From Solirubrobacterales bacterium (GTDB lineage: Bacteria; Actinomycetota; Thermoleophilia; Solirubrobacterales; 70-9), in assembly GCA_051954115.1 (NCBI GenBank), contig JBQCIB010000032.1, forward strand, positions 4,872-68,871: a DNA stretch of 64,000 bases. Reading direction: 5' to 3'. The translations under genes were made by a program, and so were the position numbers. The notes beneath the pieces are model-generated. The model did no database searches, was not told the origin of the DNA, and saw only the letters and a program-made list of their open reading frames with translations. How positions within the stretch are numbered: the first letter of the stretch is position 1; each line of letters starts with the position of its first letter. Positions 8,064 to 15,915 of the stretch are shown here, piece after piece.

Positions 8064-8113
8064 GGCGTCCTCAGTCGCTGCGTGCAAAGCACGCCACGCT
8101 CCCTGCGTCCTTG
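8064..8113. repeat. Conserved 50-nt intergenic element, copy 1 (hairpin GCGTGC-AAA-GCACGC flanked by GCGTCCT direct repeats)
   Basis: GGCGTCCTCAGTCGCTGCGTGCAAAGCACGCCACGCTCCCTGCGTCCTTG lies between convergent erpA and grx. It is near-identical to 53578-53628 (one indel, one substitution). Confidence 0.8.
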
Positions 8114-8137
8114 AACTGCTTGGTCTATACGACGGAG

Positions 8138-8521
8138 TTATTCGATCTGCAGAGGCGGTGACTGCGCCGGTGGCGCGGTCTGAACCTGGGGGTTCTCGGG
8201 CTGCTCGGCGCCGAGGGCCTCGGCCAGCTCGCCGGACTCGAACATCTCCTCGACGATGTCGCAGCCGCCCAGCAACTCGCCGTTGACGTAGAGCTGGGGG
8301 AAGGTCTGCCAGTCGGAGATCTCGGCCGTCACTTCGCGCAGCGGCTGCAGCGCGGGGAGGACGTCGATCGCGCCGTACTCGACGTCGACCTGGTCCAGCA
8401 CCTGGACCACGCGCATCGAGAAGCCGCAGCGGGGCATGTCCGGGGTCCCTTTCATGAACAGCAGGACCGGGTTGGCGGCGATCAGCTCTTCTACTTTGCT
8501 CTTCAGCTCTGGGTCGGCCAT
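8138..8521 (-). CDS. grxD: Monothiol glutaredoxin (Grx4/GrxD type, CGFS)
   Basis: VLLFMKGTPDMPRCGFSMRVVQVL..WQTFPQLYVNGELLGGCDI. Confidence 0.9.
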   Translation of the reverse strand: MADPELKSKVEELIAANPVLLFMKGTPDMPRCGFSMRVVQVLDQVDVEYGAIDVLPALQPLREVTAEISDWQTFPQLYVNGELLGGCDIVEEMFESGELAEALGAEQPENPQVQTAPPAQSPPLQIE

Positions 8522-8552
8522 GGGGGCATTGTAGGGAGGGGAGATGCTCGGC

Positions 8553-8768
8553 CTAGATCTGGGTTGCGATCAAGCCGATGATCGCTGCAAGCACCGCGAC
8601 GAAGGCGGCGAAGATTCCACCGCCGACGATCAGGATGGTGTGCTGGAGGCTGTCGATCCTGTCGCTTTGGCGGTCCACGCGCTGCCCTAGCTCCTTGAAG
8701 TTAGCGTTGACTTGATCCTTGAATTCGTCAAGCCGTGAATCGGTCCAAGTGGATCTCATCGCCTCCAT
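8553..8768 (-). CDS. Small tail-anchored coiled-coil protein, paralog 1
   Basis: MEAMRSTWTDSRLDEF... ends in ILIVGGGIFAAFVAVLAAIIGLIATQI. It is homologous to 13027-13275 and 22914-23228. The start was set to ATG 8768 by alignment with paralog 2; the track start TTG 8777 is also possible. Confidence 0.65.
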   Translation of the reverse strand: MEAMRSTWTDSRLDEFKDQVNANFKELGQRVDRQSDRIDSLQHTILIVGGGIFAAFVAVLAAIIGLIATQI

Positions 8769-8852
8769 GCCCTTCAAGCTAGAGGAAAAGCTCCTACGCG
8801 TGGCGCACGCAAGTGTAACTTTTTGTCGCAGAAGGCGCGCGAAGGTGTGACT

Positions 8853-9089
8853 TCAGCCTGGGAGGCTGGTCTTCACCGAGAGCGCGTGGATCGTGCCGTC
8901 GTCGAAGCGCTTCTTGACCGCGGCCTTGACCAGGCGGTGCTGGTCGATCCGGGAGAGGCCCTCGAACTGGGGGGCGACGACCGTCGCCCGGATGTGGTCA
9001 CCGGTGCCCGTTTCGTCGGTTACCTCAGCCTCGGCGCCCGGCAGCGCCGCCTCGATCATCCCCTTCAGCTCGGCGAGGTCGGCAGGCAC
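8853..9089 (-). CDS. bolA: BolA-family protein
   Basis: This is the C-terminal part of track ORF 8853-9536: VPADLAELKGMIEAALPGAEAEVTDETGTGDHIRATVVAPQFEGLSRIDQHRLV. GTG 9089 overlaps the fprA-like stop (TAGTG). Confidence 0.8.
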   Translation of the reverse strand: MPADLAELKGMIEAALPGAEAEVTDETGTGDHIRATVVAPQFEGLSRIDQHRLVKAAVKKRFDDGTIHALSVKTSLPG

Positions 9090-10495
9090 TAGCTCGCGGC
9101 GGGCTCGCCGAGGGTCTCGAGCATCTCCTCGACCCGGACGAACTTGACCCGCGGGCGGCCGTGCGGCTCGCCGCGGCCGACCTCGGCCTGGTCGATCGCC
9201 TGCCAGTCCTCGAAGCTGACGTAGCGGACGCCCTTCTCGCGCAGCAGGTCCTCGACCGCGCCCGGCTCCGGCTTCTCCGGGCTCAGCAGCTTCTCGGTCT
9301 CGACGTCCTCGAAGAGGTTCTGGACGGTCTCCAGCGCATCTTTCTTGTTGGTCCCGATCACGCCCGAGGGGCCGCGCTTGATCCAGCCGGCGGTGTAATG
9401 GCCGGTCTTGTGGCCGGAGTCGTGGGAGTCGAGGATGCGACCGCCCTCGTTGAGGATCAGGCCGCGGCTCTCGTCGAAGGGGACGCCCTCGATCGGGATG
9501 CCGGTGTAGCCGACCGAGCGCAGGACCAGCCCGCACTCGAGCTCTTCGCGCTCGCCGGTGTCCTTGGCGCGCAGCGTCCCGCCTTCCTCGACCAGCTCGT
9601 TGCGGCCGATCACGATCGATTCGACCTTGCCGTCACCCTTGATCTCGACGGGCGAGGCGAGGAAGCGGAGGACGATCCGCTGCTTCTTGCCCTCCGGCGT
9701 GCGCTGCGAGAACTCCTTCAGCGTCTCGACGTTGACTTTGGTCGTCTTGTCGGCCTCTTCGGAGTCGAGGTAGGCCTGGCTGGCCGGGTCGAGCTCGACC
9801 TCCTGCGGGTCGACGACGACGTCGGCGTCCTCCATCTCCCCGAGCTCTTTGATCTCCGGGTTGGTGAAGGCGGCCTGGGCGGGCCCGCGGCGGCCGAGGA
9901 CGACGATCTCGCGGATCTGCTTGCGGTCGAGCGCCTCGATCGCGTGGTCGGCGGTGTCGGTCTGGCGCAGCTCGTGGTCGGTCAGGGCCAGCATCCGGGC
10001 GACGTCCATCGCCACGTTGCCGTTGCCGATGACGACGGCGCGCTCGCAGGAGAGGTCGAACTCGCGGTTTGCGTAGTCGGGGTGGGCGTTGTACCAGCCG
10101 ACGAAGGAGGTGGCCGCGTGGCTGCCGGGCAGGTCCTCGCCCGGGATGCCGAGCTGGCGATCGGTCTCGCAGCCGACCGTGAAGACGATCGCGTGGTAGA
10201 GCCGTTCGAGCTCTTCGACCTCGATGTCGTGGCCGATCTTGACGTTGCCGAAGAAGCGGAAGCCGTCGCGCGCGGCGGTTTTCTCGTAGACGCGGATCAC
10301 CGACTTGATCTTCGGGTGGTCCGGCGCGACGCCGCCGCGGACCAGTCCGAACGGGGTCGGGAGGCGGTCGAAGAGATCGACCTGGGCGTGCAGGTTGCCG
10401 TCCTTGAGGATGTGCTCGGCGGCGTAGAAGCCGGAGGGGCCGGCGCCGACGATGGCGACGCGGAGGGGGTTGTCTTCAGTTCCGATCTTGCTCAT
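9089..10495 (-). CDS. NADPH:ferredoxin (adrenodoxin-type) reductase, FprA-like
   Basis: RVAIVGAGPSGFYAA..RLPTPFGLVRGGVAPDHPKIK..VVIGNGNVAMDVARML shows the two dinucleotide-binding motifs typical of FprA/AdR. Confidence 0.85.
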   Translation of the reverse strand: MSKIGTEDNPLRVAIVGAGPSGFYAAEHILKDGNLHAQVDLFDRLPTPFGLVRGGVAPDHPKIKSVIRVYEKTAARDGFRFFGNVKIGHDIEVEELERLYHAIVFTVGCETDRQLGIPGEDLPGSHAATSFVGWYNAHPDYANREFDLSCERAVVIGNGNVAMDVARMLALTDHELRQTDTADHAIEALDRKQIREIVVLGRRGPAQAAFTNPEIKELGEMEDADVVVDPQEVELDPASQAYLDSEEADKTTKVNVETLKEFSQRTPEGKKQRIVLRFLASPVEIKGDGKVESIVIGRNELVEEGGTLRAKDTGEREELECGLVLRSVGYTGIPIEGVPFDESRGLILNEGGRILDSHDSGHKTGHYTAGWIKRGPSGVIGTNKKDALETVQNLFEDVETEKLLSPEKPEPGAVEDLLREKGVRYVSFEDWQAIDQAEVGRGEPHGRPRVKFVRVEEMLETLGEPAAS

Positions 10496-10526
10496 TGGAG
10501 CGCGAAAGAATAGGGAAACTCGGTCT

Positions 10527-11234
10527 TCAGCCGAGCGCCGGGGCGCTGGCGCCGACCGCGCTGGGGGTGCCGTCGAGCGCGTCGAGCGCCTTGGCGACCG
10601 ACATTGCCACGCAGGTGAAGATCGGCGTCTCGCGCTCGGTGTACTCGCTCGACTCGGTCGGCCGCAGCTCGTTGACGAGGTCGAGGAATTCGCCCGGATC
10701 GTCCCCCTCGAAGCAGACCACGAACTCCTGGTCGTCGAGCCCGTAGGAGTAGGTCGTGTTGATCGTGATCTCGGGGTAGCGGCGGCCGACTTCGATGTGG
10801 CTTTTCATGATCCGGCCGCGCTCCTCCGGCGGCAGCCCGTACCAGCGGCGCTGCTTGACCATCGGGTAGAGGAAGAGGTACTTGCGCTCGGTCACGCAGA
10901 TCTCCGGCCGCGCCTGCTCGTCGGAATAGGGCGAGCGTTTGGTCATCGAGAGGAACGAGTGGGGCGTGGCCGCCCATTTCGCCAGCCCGCTCTGGCCGAG
11001 GACGACGTGGAAGGTGTGGATGTCGTTCAGGTTCGGGCTCTGCGTCAGCAGCACCAAGTCGACGTCGCCCCGCGTTCCTATGGTTGAGTAGGCGCGCAGC
11101 GAGCGGTCGACGACGAAGTCCTCGCAGGCCGCGAGGAACTCCTGCTTGTCGGCTGCACGGAGCTCCGGGTCCCGACGGCGCCAGGCTGGATCGATCTTGA
11201 AGAAGCTGAACTTGGCGAAAGTGCGATCGGCCAT
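10527..11234 (-). CDS. Chlorite dismutase-family protein (coproheme decarboxylase HemQ/ChdC-like)
   Basis: MADRTFAKFSFFKIDPAWRR..YLFLYPMVKQRRWYGLPPEERGRIMKSHIEVGRRYP. The start was trimmed to ATG 11234. Confidence 0.8.
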   Translation of the reverse strand: MADRTFAKFSFFKIDPAWRRRDPELRAADKQEFLAACEDFVVDRSLRAYSTIGTRGDVDLVLLTQSPNLNDIHTFHVVLGQSGLAKWAATPHSFLSMTKRSPYSDEQARPEICVTERKYLFLYPMVKQRRWYGLPPEERGRIMKSHIEVGRRYPEITINTTYSYGLDDQEFVVCFEGDDPGEFLDLVNELRPTESSEYTERETPIFTCVAMSVAKALDALDGTPSAVGASAPALG

Positions 11235-13002
11235 CGGAGCCACGATAGCGCTGGTCGCGCTCCTGGCCGCTCCCTCGGCTGCAGCAGCGAAGGAGAAGCA
11301 GGTGGTGCTGGCCTGGCTCCCGAGCAACACGACCGTCGCCCAGCTGGCGCGCGCCGGCTTCTCGCCGGGAGTGATGAGCGCCGGGCTCGGGACTGTCCCG
11401 CCCCTGCAGACGTATCTCGACGTCGGCCAGGGGAACCGCGTCTTCGACTCGCTCTACGACCGCCCCCTGCCGGAACGCAAGAAGGGAGTGGGGTGGTGGC
11501 TGGAAGTGGTGGAACGGGCCGAATCCGCCCCCGCCGACATCGTGCCCGGCCTTCTGCGCAGGACGCTGAGGGAAAATCACGTTCGGTCCCGGTTCGCGGA
11601 AATAGCCCGGACCTCCCTCCGCCGGCTGCCGCCGAGGGGGAGCTATGACCTCCTGATCGCGATCGCCCGCCCGACCGGGAAGTCGGATAAGCCGCTGCCG
11701 ATCGGGATCGCCGGCGAGGGCTTCCACGGCAACCTCACCTCCGACAGCACGCGGACGAACGGCTACGTGCTCTCGACCGACGTCGCGCCGACGGTCCTGC
11801 GGCATTTCGGGATCCCGGTGCCGAGCGAGATGTCCGGGCAGCCGATCCGGACCGAGGGCACGGTCGACTCGGCGGCGATCGAATCGCTGGTCGGGCGGAT
11901 GGACGTGATCTCCTCCCGGCGGGGGCCGGTGATCGGGCTCAACATCGTCATCTGGCTGGTTGCGCTGGGGCTGATCGCGCTGCTCAGCCGTGGCCGCCTC
12001 GCTCGCTCCGCCGTGCGCGTCGTCGGCCTCGCGATCGTCTGCCTGCCGCTGGTGCTGCTGCTGGGGGCGGCGCTCGAACCGGGGGAGACGACGGAACGGC
12101 TGCTGGTCCTGCTCCTCTGTCCGCTCCTCGCCGGGCTGACCTTGCTGCTCCTGCGGGGATACCGGGCCCTGGCTGTCGCCTCGGCGCTAACCGTGCTCGC
12201 CTATGCGATCGACGTTGTCGCCGGTTCGCCGCTTACCTCGCTCTCGCTGCTCGGCCCGAACCCGGGGCTGGGGGTGCGCTTCTACGGGATCGGCAACGAG
12301 CTCGAGGCACTCTTGGCGGTGCTGGTGGTGGCGGGGACCGGGGCGGCGTTGACTGGCTTCAGGGCGAAGGCAACGGGGAGAGCTGCTGTTGTCGCATTCA
12401 TCGCCGTCGGCCTGCTCGCTGCCTTCGTCTTCGCCGCCGGCCGCTTCGGTGCCGACGTCGGCGCGGCGATCGTCTTCCCAGTCGGCGCCGTGGTCGCGGC
12501 TGTCGTCGTCTCCGGCCGCGGCAGGCGCACCGCGCTGCTGGCGGTGCTCGCGGCCCCGATTGCCGTCTTGGCGCTGCTCGCGCTGATCGACCTCGTCAGC
12601 GGCGCCAACGCCCACCTCACCCGCTCGGTCCTCGACGCCGGCGGGCTCGGGAACCTCGCCGAAGTGGCCCAGCGCCGGCTTCAGCTCTCCGCCCACAGCT
12701 TCAGCCGGCCGGTGCTGCTGGCGCTGTTGCCGCTGGTCCTGATCGTCGCGATCCTCGCCTACGTTCGCCGCGACCGCTTGCGCGCTTGGCTGGGGGGAGT
12801 GCCGGCGATGCGAGCGGGCTTGACCGGAGCGCTGGCCGCCACCCTGATCGGCACCCTTGCAAACGACTCCGGAGCGCTCCTTCTGGAGATCGGCACCGCC
12901 TATCTACTCGTCTTCACCTGCTTCGCCTGGGCGGAAAGCGACGGAAATAGCGGAGAATCTCTTCGGCAGACCAAACGTTACACTTCTGTGACCCAAATTT
13001 GA
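11221..13002 (+). CDS. Polytopic membrane protein with an N-terminal extracytoplasmic domain resembling the alkaline-phosphatase superfamily
   Basis: A signal-like IGATIALVALLAAPSAAAA is followed by NGYVLSTDVAPTVLRHFGIPVPSEMSGQPI (AP-superfamily-like). At least 8 hydrophobic helices follow. The start (GTG 11221) is uncertain. Confidence 0.6.
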   Translation: MRSAIGATIALVALLAAPSAAAAKEKQVVLAWLPSNTTVAQLARAGFSPGVMSAGLGTVPPLQTYLDVGQGNRVFDSLYDRPLPERKKGVGWWLEVVERAESAPADIVPGLLRRTLRENHVRSRFAEIARTSLRRLPPRGSYDLLIAIARPTGKSDKPLPIGIAGEGFHGNLTSDSTRTNGYVLSTDVAPTVLRHFGIPVPSEMSGQPIRTEGTVDSAAIESLVGRMDVISSRRGPVIGLNIVIWLVALGLIALLSRGRLARSAVRVVGLAIVCLPLVLLLGAALEPGETTERLLVLLLCPLLAGLTLLLLRGYRALAVASALTVLAYAIDVVAGSPLTSLSLLGPNPGLGVRFYGIGNELEALLAVLVVAGTGAALTGFRAKATGRAAVVAFIAVGLLAAFVFAAGRFGADVGAAIVFPVGAVVAAVVVSGRGRRTALLAVLAAPIAVLALLALIDLVSGANAHLTRSVLDAGGLGNLAEVAQRRLQLSAHSFSRPVLLALLPLVLIVAILAYVRRDRLRAWLGGVPAMRAGLTGALAATLIGTLANDSGALLLEIGTAYLLVFTCFAWAESDGNSGESLRQTKRYTSVTQI

Positions 13003-13026
13003 TTCTTTTCCTCCTACGCTGGAGGC

Positions 13027-13275
13027 ATGGAGCTGATGAGAGCCACTTGGACCGATTCCCGCCTCGACGACCTGAACAACCGGGTTACGGAGGTTAGGAA
13101 TGACGTGCGGGATTTACGAAGCGAAGTTGCTGCTGAATTTCGCGGCGTCCGGGGAGAGATCGGGAGCGTGCAGGGAGAAATCGGCGCTTTGAAGCGCACG
13201 ATCATCCAAGTCGGCGGCGGACTGATCGGCACCGTTGTCGTTGGCATGCTCGGGCTGATCGCTACCCAGCTCTGA
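13027..13275 (+). CDS. Small tail-anchored coiled-coil protein, paralog 2
   Basis: MELMRATWTDSRLDDL..DLRSEVAAEFRGVRGEIGSVQGEIGALKRTIIQVGGGLIGTVVVGMLGLIATQL. Its first 45 nt are 38/45 identical to paralog 1 (hand count). Confidence 0.7.
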   Translation: MELMRATWTDSRLDDLNNRVTEVRNDVRDLRSEVAAEFRGVRGEIGSVQGEIGALKRTIIQVGGGLIGTVVVGMLGLIATQL

Positions 13276-13336
13276 AGCCGGCTGAAGGCTGGAGCCCCTG
13301 TGCGGGTGCCGAGCGATGATCTACGCTTAGCACCAC

Positions 13337-15643
13337 GTGCGCATAGGTCTCGTCTCCCCATATTCCTGGTCCTACCAGGGGGGAGTGAACCGGCACGTTG
13401 AGGCTCTCGCCGAGGAGTTCCTCGGGCGAGGCCACGACGTCCGCGTACTCGCTCCCGTAGACCCGCCCGGGCGGGTCAGCCGAGCCCTGCACCGGGCACC
13501 CGCCGAAAAGCGCGAGCTGCCCGAATACCTGGTTCCGCTCGGGCGCACGATGGGCTTCGGCGCCAACGGGTCGGTCTCGAACCTGGCGCCGTTCCCGGCG
13601 GGCGGAGTCCTCGCCCCGCGCCGCCTCGTCCGCGCCGGTGAATTCGACGTCATCCACGTCCACGAGCCGCTGGTGCCGCTGGTCGGCTGGAACGCGACCC
13701 TCGGTGCCCACGACCCGGTCGTCGGCACCTTCCACGCCTACGCGACCAAGCCGCTGCCGAACTACATCGCCAACGCCGTCGGGGCGCGTCGGCTCTTCAA
13801 CCGGCTCTCGGCCCGGATCGCCGTCTCCGAGGCGGCGGCCTGGACCGGCCGGCGCTGGTTCGGCGGCGAGTACACGATCATCCCCAACGGGGTCGACGTC
13901 GACGCCGCGCCGACCGGCCCGGTGGAACATGGGGGGGACCTGCAGATCCTCTTCGTCGGCAGGCCGGAGGAGCGCAAGGGGCTGCCGATCCTCCTCACCG
14001 CCTTCAACGCGCTGGTCGAGCACGTGCCCTGCAAGCTGACCGTGATCGGCGCCGAGCGCGATGACGTCCTGCGCTACGTAGCCGACCCCGACCTGCTGCG
14101 GTTCATGGACATCCGCGGCCGCGTCTCCGGCGAGGCTCTCTGGCGCGAGCTGCACCAGGCCGACGTCCTCTGCGCCCCCTCTCTCTCCGGTGAGAGCTTC
14201 GGCATGGTCCTGACCGAGGCCTTCGCCGCCGGCACCCCCGTGATCGCCTCCGCGATCGCCGGCTACAGCGACGTCGTCAGCGACGGCGTCGACGGGATCC
14301 TGGTTCCGCCGGGAGACCCGCAGCGGCTCGCCGAAGAGCTGCAGCGGATCCACCACGAGCCGGAGCGGCGACAGGAGATGGCGGCCGCCGCCCGCCGCAG
14401 CGCCCAGCGCTACGCCTGGCCGCGGGTCGCCGACCAGGTAACCGGCGTCTACGAGCGTGCGATCGAGGCGCCGAAGCCGGTCACCGCGGGGGAGAAGTTC
14501 GCCCACTGGGCCGGTATCCGACCCGCCGACGGCAATCCCAAGCGGCCGGCGGAGCGGCTGCCCTCGCTCGACCCGCCGCTCGCGCAGGCGGGCAAGAAGG
14601 GCCGGGCTGTCGCCCGCCGCATCGGCCTCGGCGTCGCCGGGGTGATGGGCGTCGGCCTCACCCTTCTCGCTGCCCAGAAGATCGGCATCGACAACGTCGT
14701 CGAAAGCATCGTCCGCTCGAACCTGACCTGGGTCCTGATCGCCTGCGCGTTGATGGCAAGCTCGCTCTTCTTCCGCGCCGCCTCCTGGTACTGGATCGCG
14801 CGCGCAGCTCTGCCCAATCGGCCGATCCGCCGCCGGGACGTCACCTCGGCGACGATGATCGGCGTCCTCATGTCGGCGACCCTCCCGGCGCGCCTGGGGG
14901 AGCCGGCGCGCGCGCTGACGCTGGCCCGGCGCACGGGCCGGATGCGGGAGACCTTCCCGGTCCTGCTCGGCACCCTGGTCTCGCAGACGATGCTGAACCT
15001 GATCGCCCTGGTCCTGCTCGGGGTGATCATCGTCTCGACCACGCCGCTCTTCCATTCCGGCACCAAGCAGATCTTCGCCTTCAGCCTCGTGCCCTTGATC
15101 GTCCTCGTCGCCATTCTCGCTGCGCCGCTGCTGATGCGGCGCAACGGCAACGGCCGCCTCTCCCGGCTCGGCGCGGCAATTCACCGGGCGCTGGTACAGG
15201 TCCGCGCCGGCCTCACGGTCTTCCGCGACCCCCGGCACGGCACCGCATCGGCCGCGGCCCAGCTCACTGCCTGGGCGATCCAGCTCAGCGCCTGCTGGGC
15301 GCTGCTCTACGCGCTTGGGCTCAACGGGCAGGCGGGGGTAGGCGCCGCCGCCGCGGTCCTCTTCGCCGTCAACGTCACCGCGGTCGTGCCGGCGACGCCT
15401 TCCAACATCGGCGTCTTCCAGCTCGCCGTGATCAGCGTTCTGCACACCGGCTTCGGGGTCAGCACCGCCGATGCCCTCGCCTATGGCGTGATCCTGCAAG
15501 CGGTGGAGATCGCCACCGCCGTCGCGCTGGGCCTGCCTGCCCTGGTGCGTGAGGGGCTGACCTGGAGCGATCTGCGGGTGCAAGCCCTCTCCACGGCGCC
15601 GGTCCGGCTCGAGCCGGACCCTCGCGCGCGCCCCAATAACTAG
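13337..15643 (+). CDS. Fusion of a GT4 glycosyltransferase (PimA-like) with a flippase-like / lysyl-PG-synthase-TM (UPF0104) membrane domain
   Basis: The N-terminal half has RIGLVSPYSWSYQGGVNRHV..ESFGMVLTEAFAAGTPVIAS (GT-B, E-x7-E region). The C-terminal roughly 330 aa have multiple TM helices with NIGVFQLAV. Confidence 0.8.
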   Translation: MRIGLVSPYSWSYQGGVNRHVEALAEEFLGRGHDVRVLAPVDPPGRVSRALHRAPAEKRELPEYLVPLGRTMGFGANGSVSNLAPFPAGGVLAPRRLVRAGEFDVIHVHEPLVPLVGWNATLGAHDPVVGTFHAYATKPLPNYIANAVGARRLFNRLSARIAVSEAAAWTGRRWFGGEYTIIPNGVDVDAAPTGPVEHGGDLQILFVGRPEERKGLPILLTAFNALVEHVPCKLTVIGAERDDVLRYVADPDLLRFMDIRGRVSGEALWRELHQADVLCAPSLSGESFGMVLTEAFAAGTPVIASAIAGYSDVVSDGVDGILVPPGDPQRLAEELQRIHHEPERRQEMAAAARRSAQRYAWPRVADQVTGVYERAIEAPKPVTAGEKFAHWAGIRPADGNPKRPAERLPSLDPPLAQAGKKGRAVARRIGLGVAGVMGVGLTLLAAQKIGIDNVVESIVRSNLTWVLIACALMASSLFFRAASWYWIARAALPNRPIRRRDVTSATMIGVLMSATLPARLGEPARALTLARRTGRMRETFPVLLGTLVSQTMLNLIALVLLGVIIVSTTPLFHSGTKQIFAFSLVPLIVLVAILAAPLLMRRNGNGRLSRLGAAIHRALVQVRAGLTVFRDPRHGTASAAAQLTAWAIQLSACWALLYALGLNGQAGVGAAAAVLFAVNVTAVVPATPSNIGVFQLAVISVLHTGFGVSTADALAYGVILQAVEIATAVALGLPALVREGLTWSDLRVQALSTAPVRLEPDPRARPNN

Positions 15644-15740
15644 AGGTTTTTACTTTTCGATCAAAAAACTGAGATGTAATGGTCTAGGATGCCTCTTCGA
15701 GGGGCGTGCTGCCACCGTTCCCAGGACGGCACTCCTAGCT

Positions 15741-15795
15741 AGAAGGCGCGCGGCCGGCGCCGGTTCCATCCGACTGGACAGCCGGCCCGCCTTCT
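15741..15795 (+). other. Long bulged hairpin in the 272-nt spacer between the GT fusion gene and the GNAT gene
   Basis: AGAAGGCG (15741-48) pairs with CGCCTTCT (15788-95). GGCCGGC (15752-58) pairs with GCCGGCC (15781-87). There is a 3-nt bulge, a 22-nt apical region and no U-tract. Confidence 0.4.
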
Positions 15796-15915
15796 AAGTC
15801 GATCCTCAGGCGTGACTTCTTGGCCAGATCGACAAGGTTCCTTGACGGGTCCTCAGTAATGTGCATAGAGTCGAGCAATCGGCCAAGCACTCACGCGAAC
15901 TTGGGAAGGGGAGCC

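Noticed and set aside
13262-15583. 773-aa minus-strand ORF. The same pattern applies to 27002-29041(-), 37114-39219(-), 33345-35090(-), 45020-46555(-), 59858-61957(-), 9161-10513(+), 57818-59239(+), 46934-48340(+), 49229-50458(-) and 10492-11805(-).
   Set aside because: All lie antisense to, or out of frame with, genes that have clear family motifs. All are Arg/Pro/Gly/Asp-rich with no recognisable motifs. I treated them as compositional artefacts.
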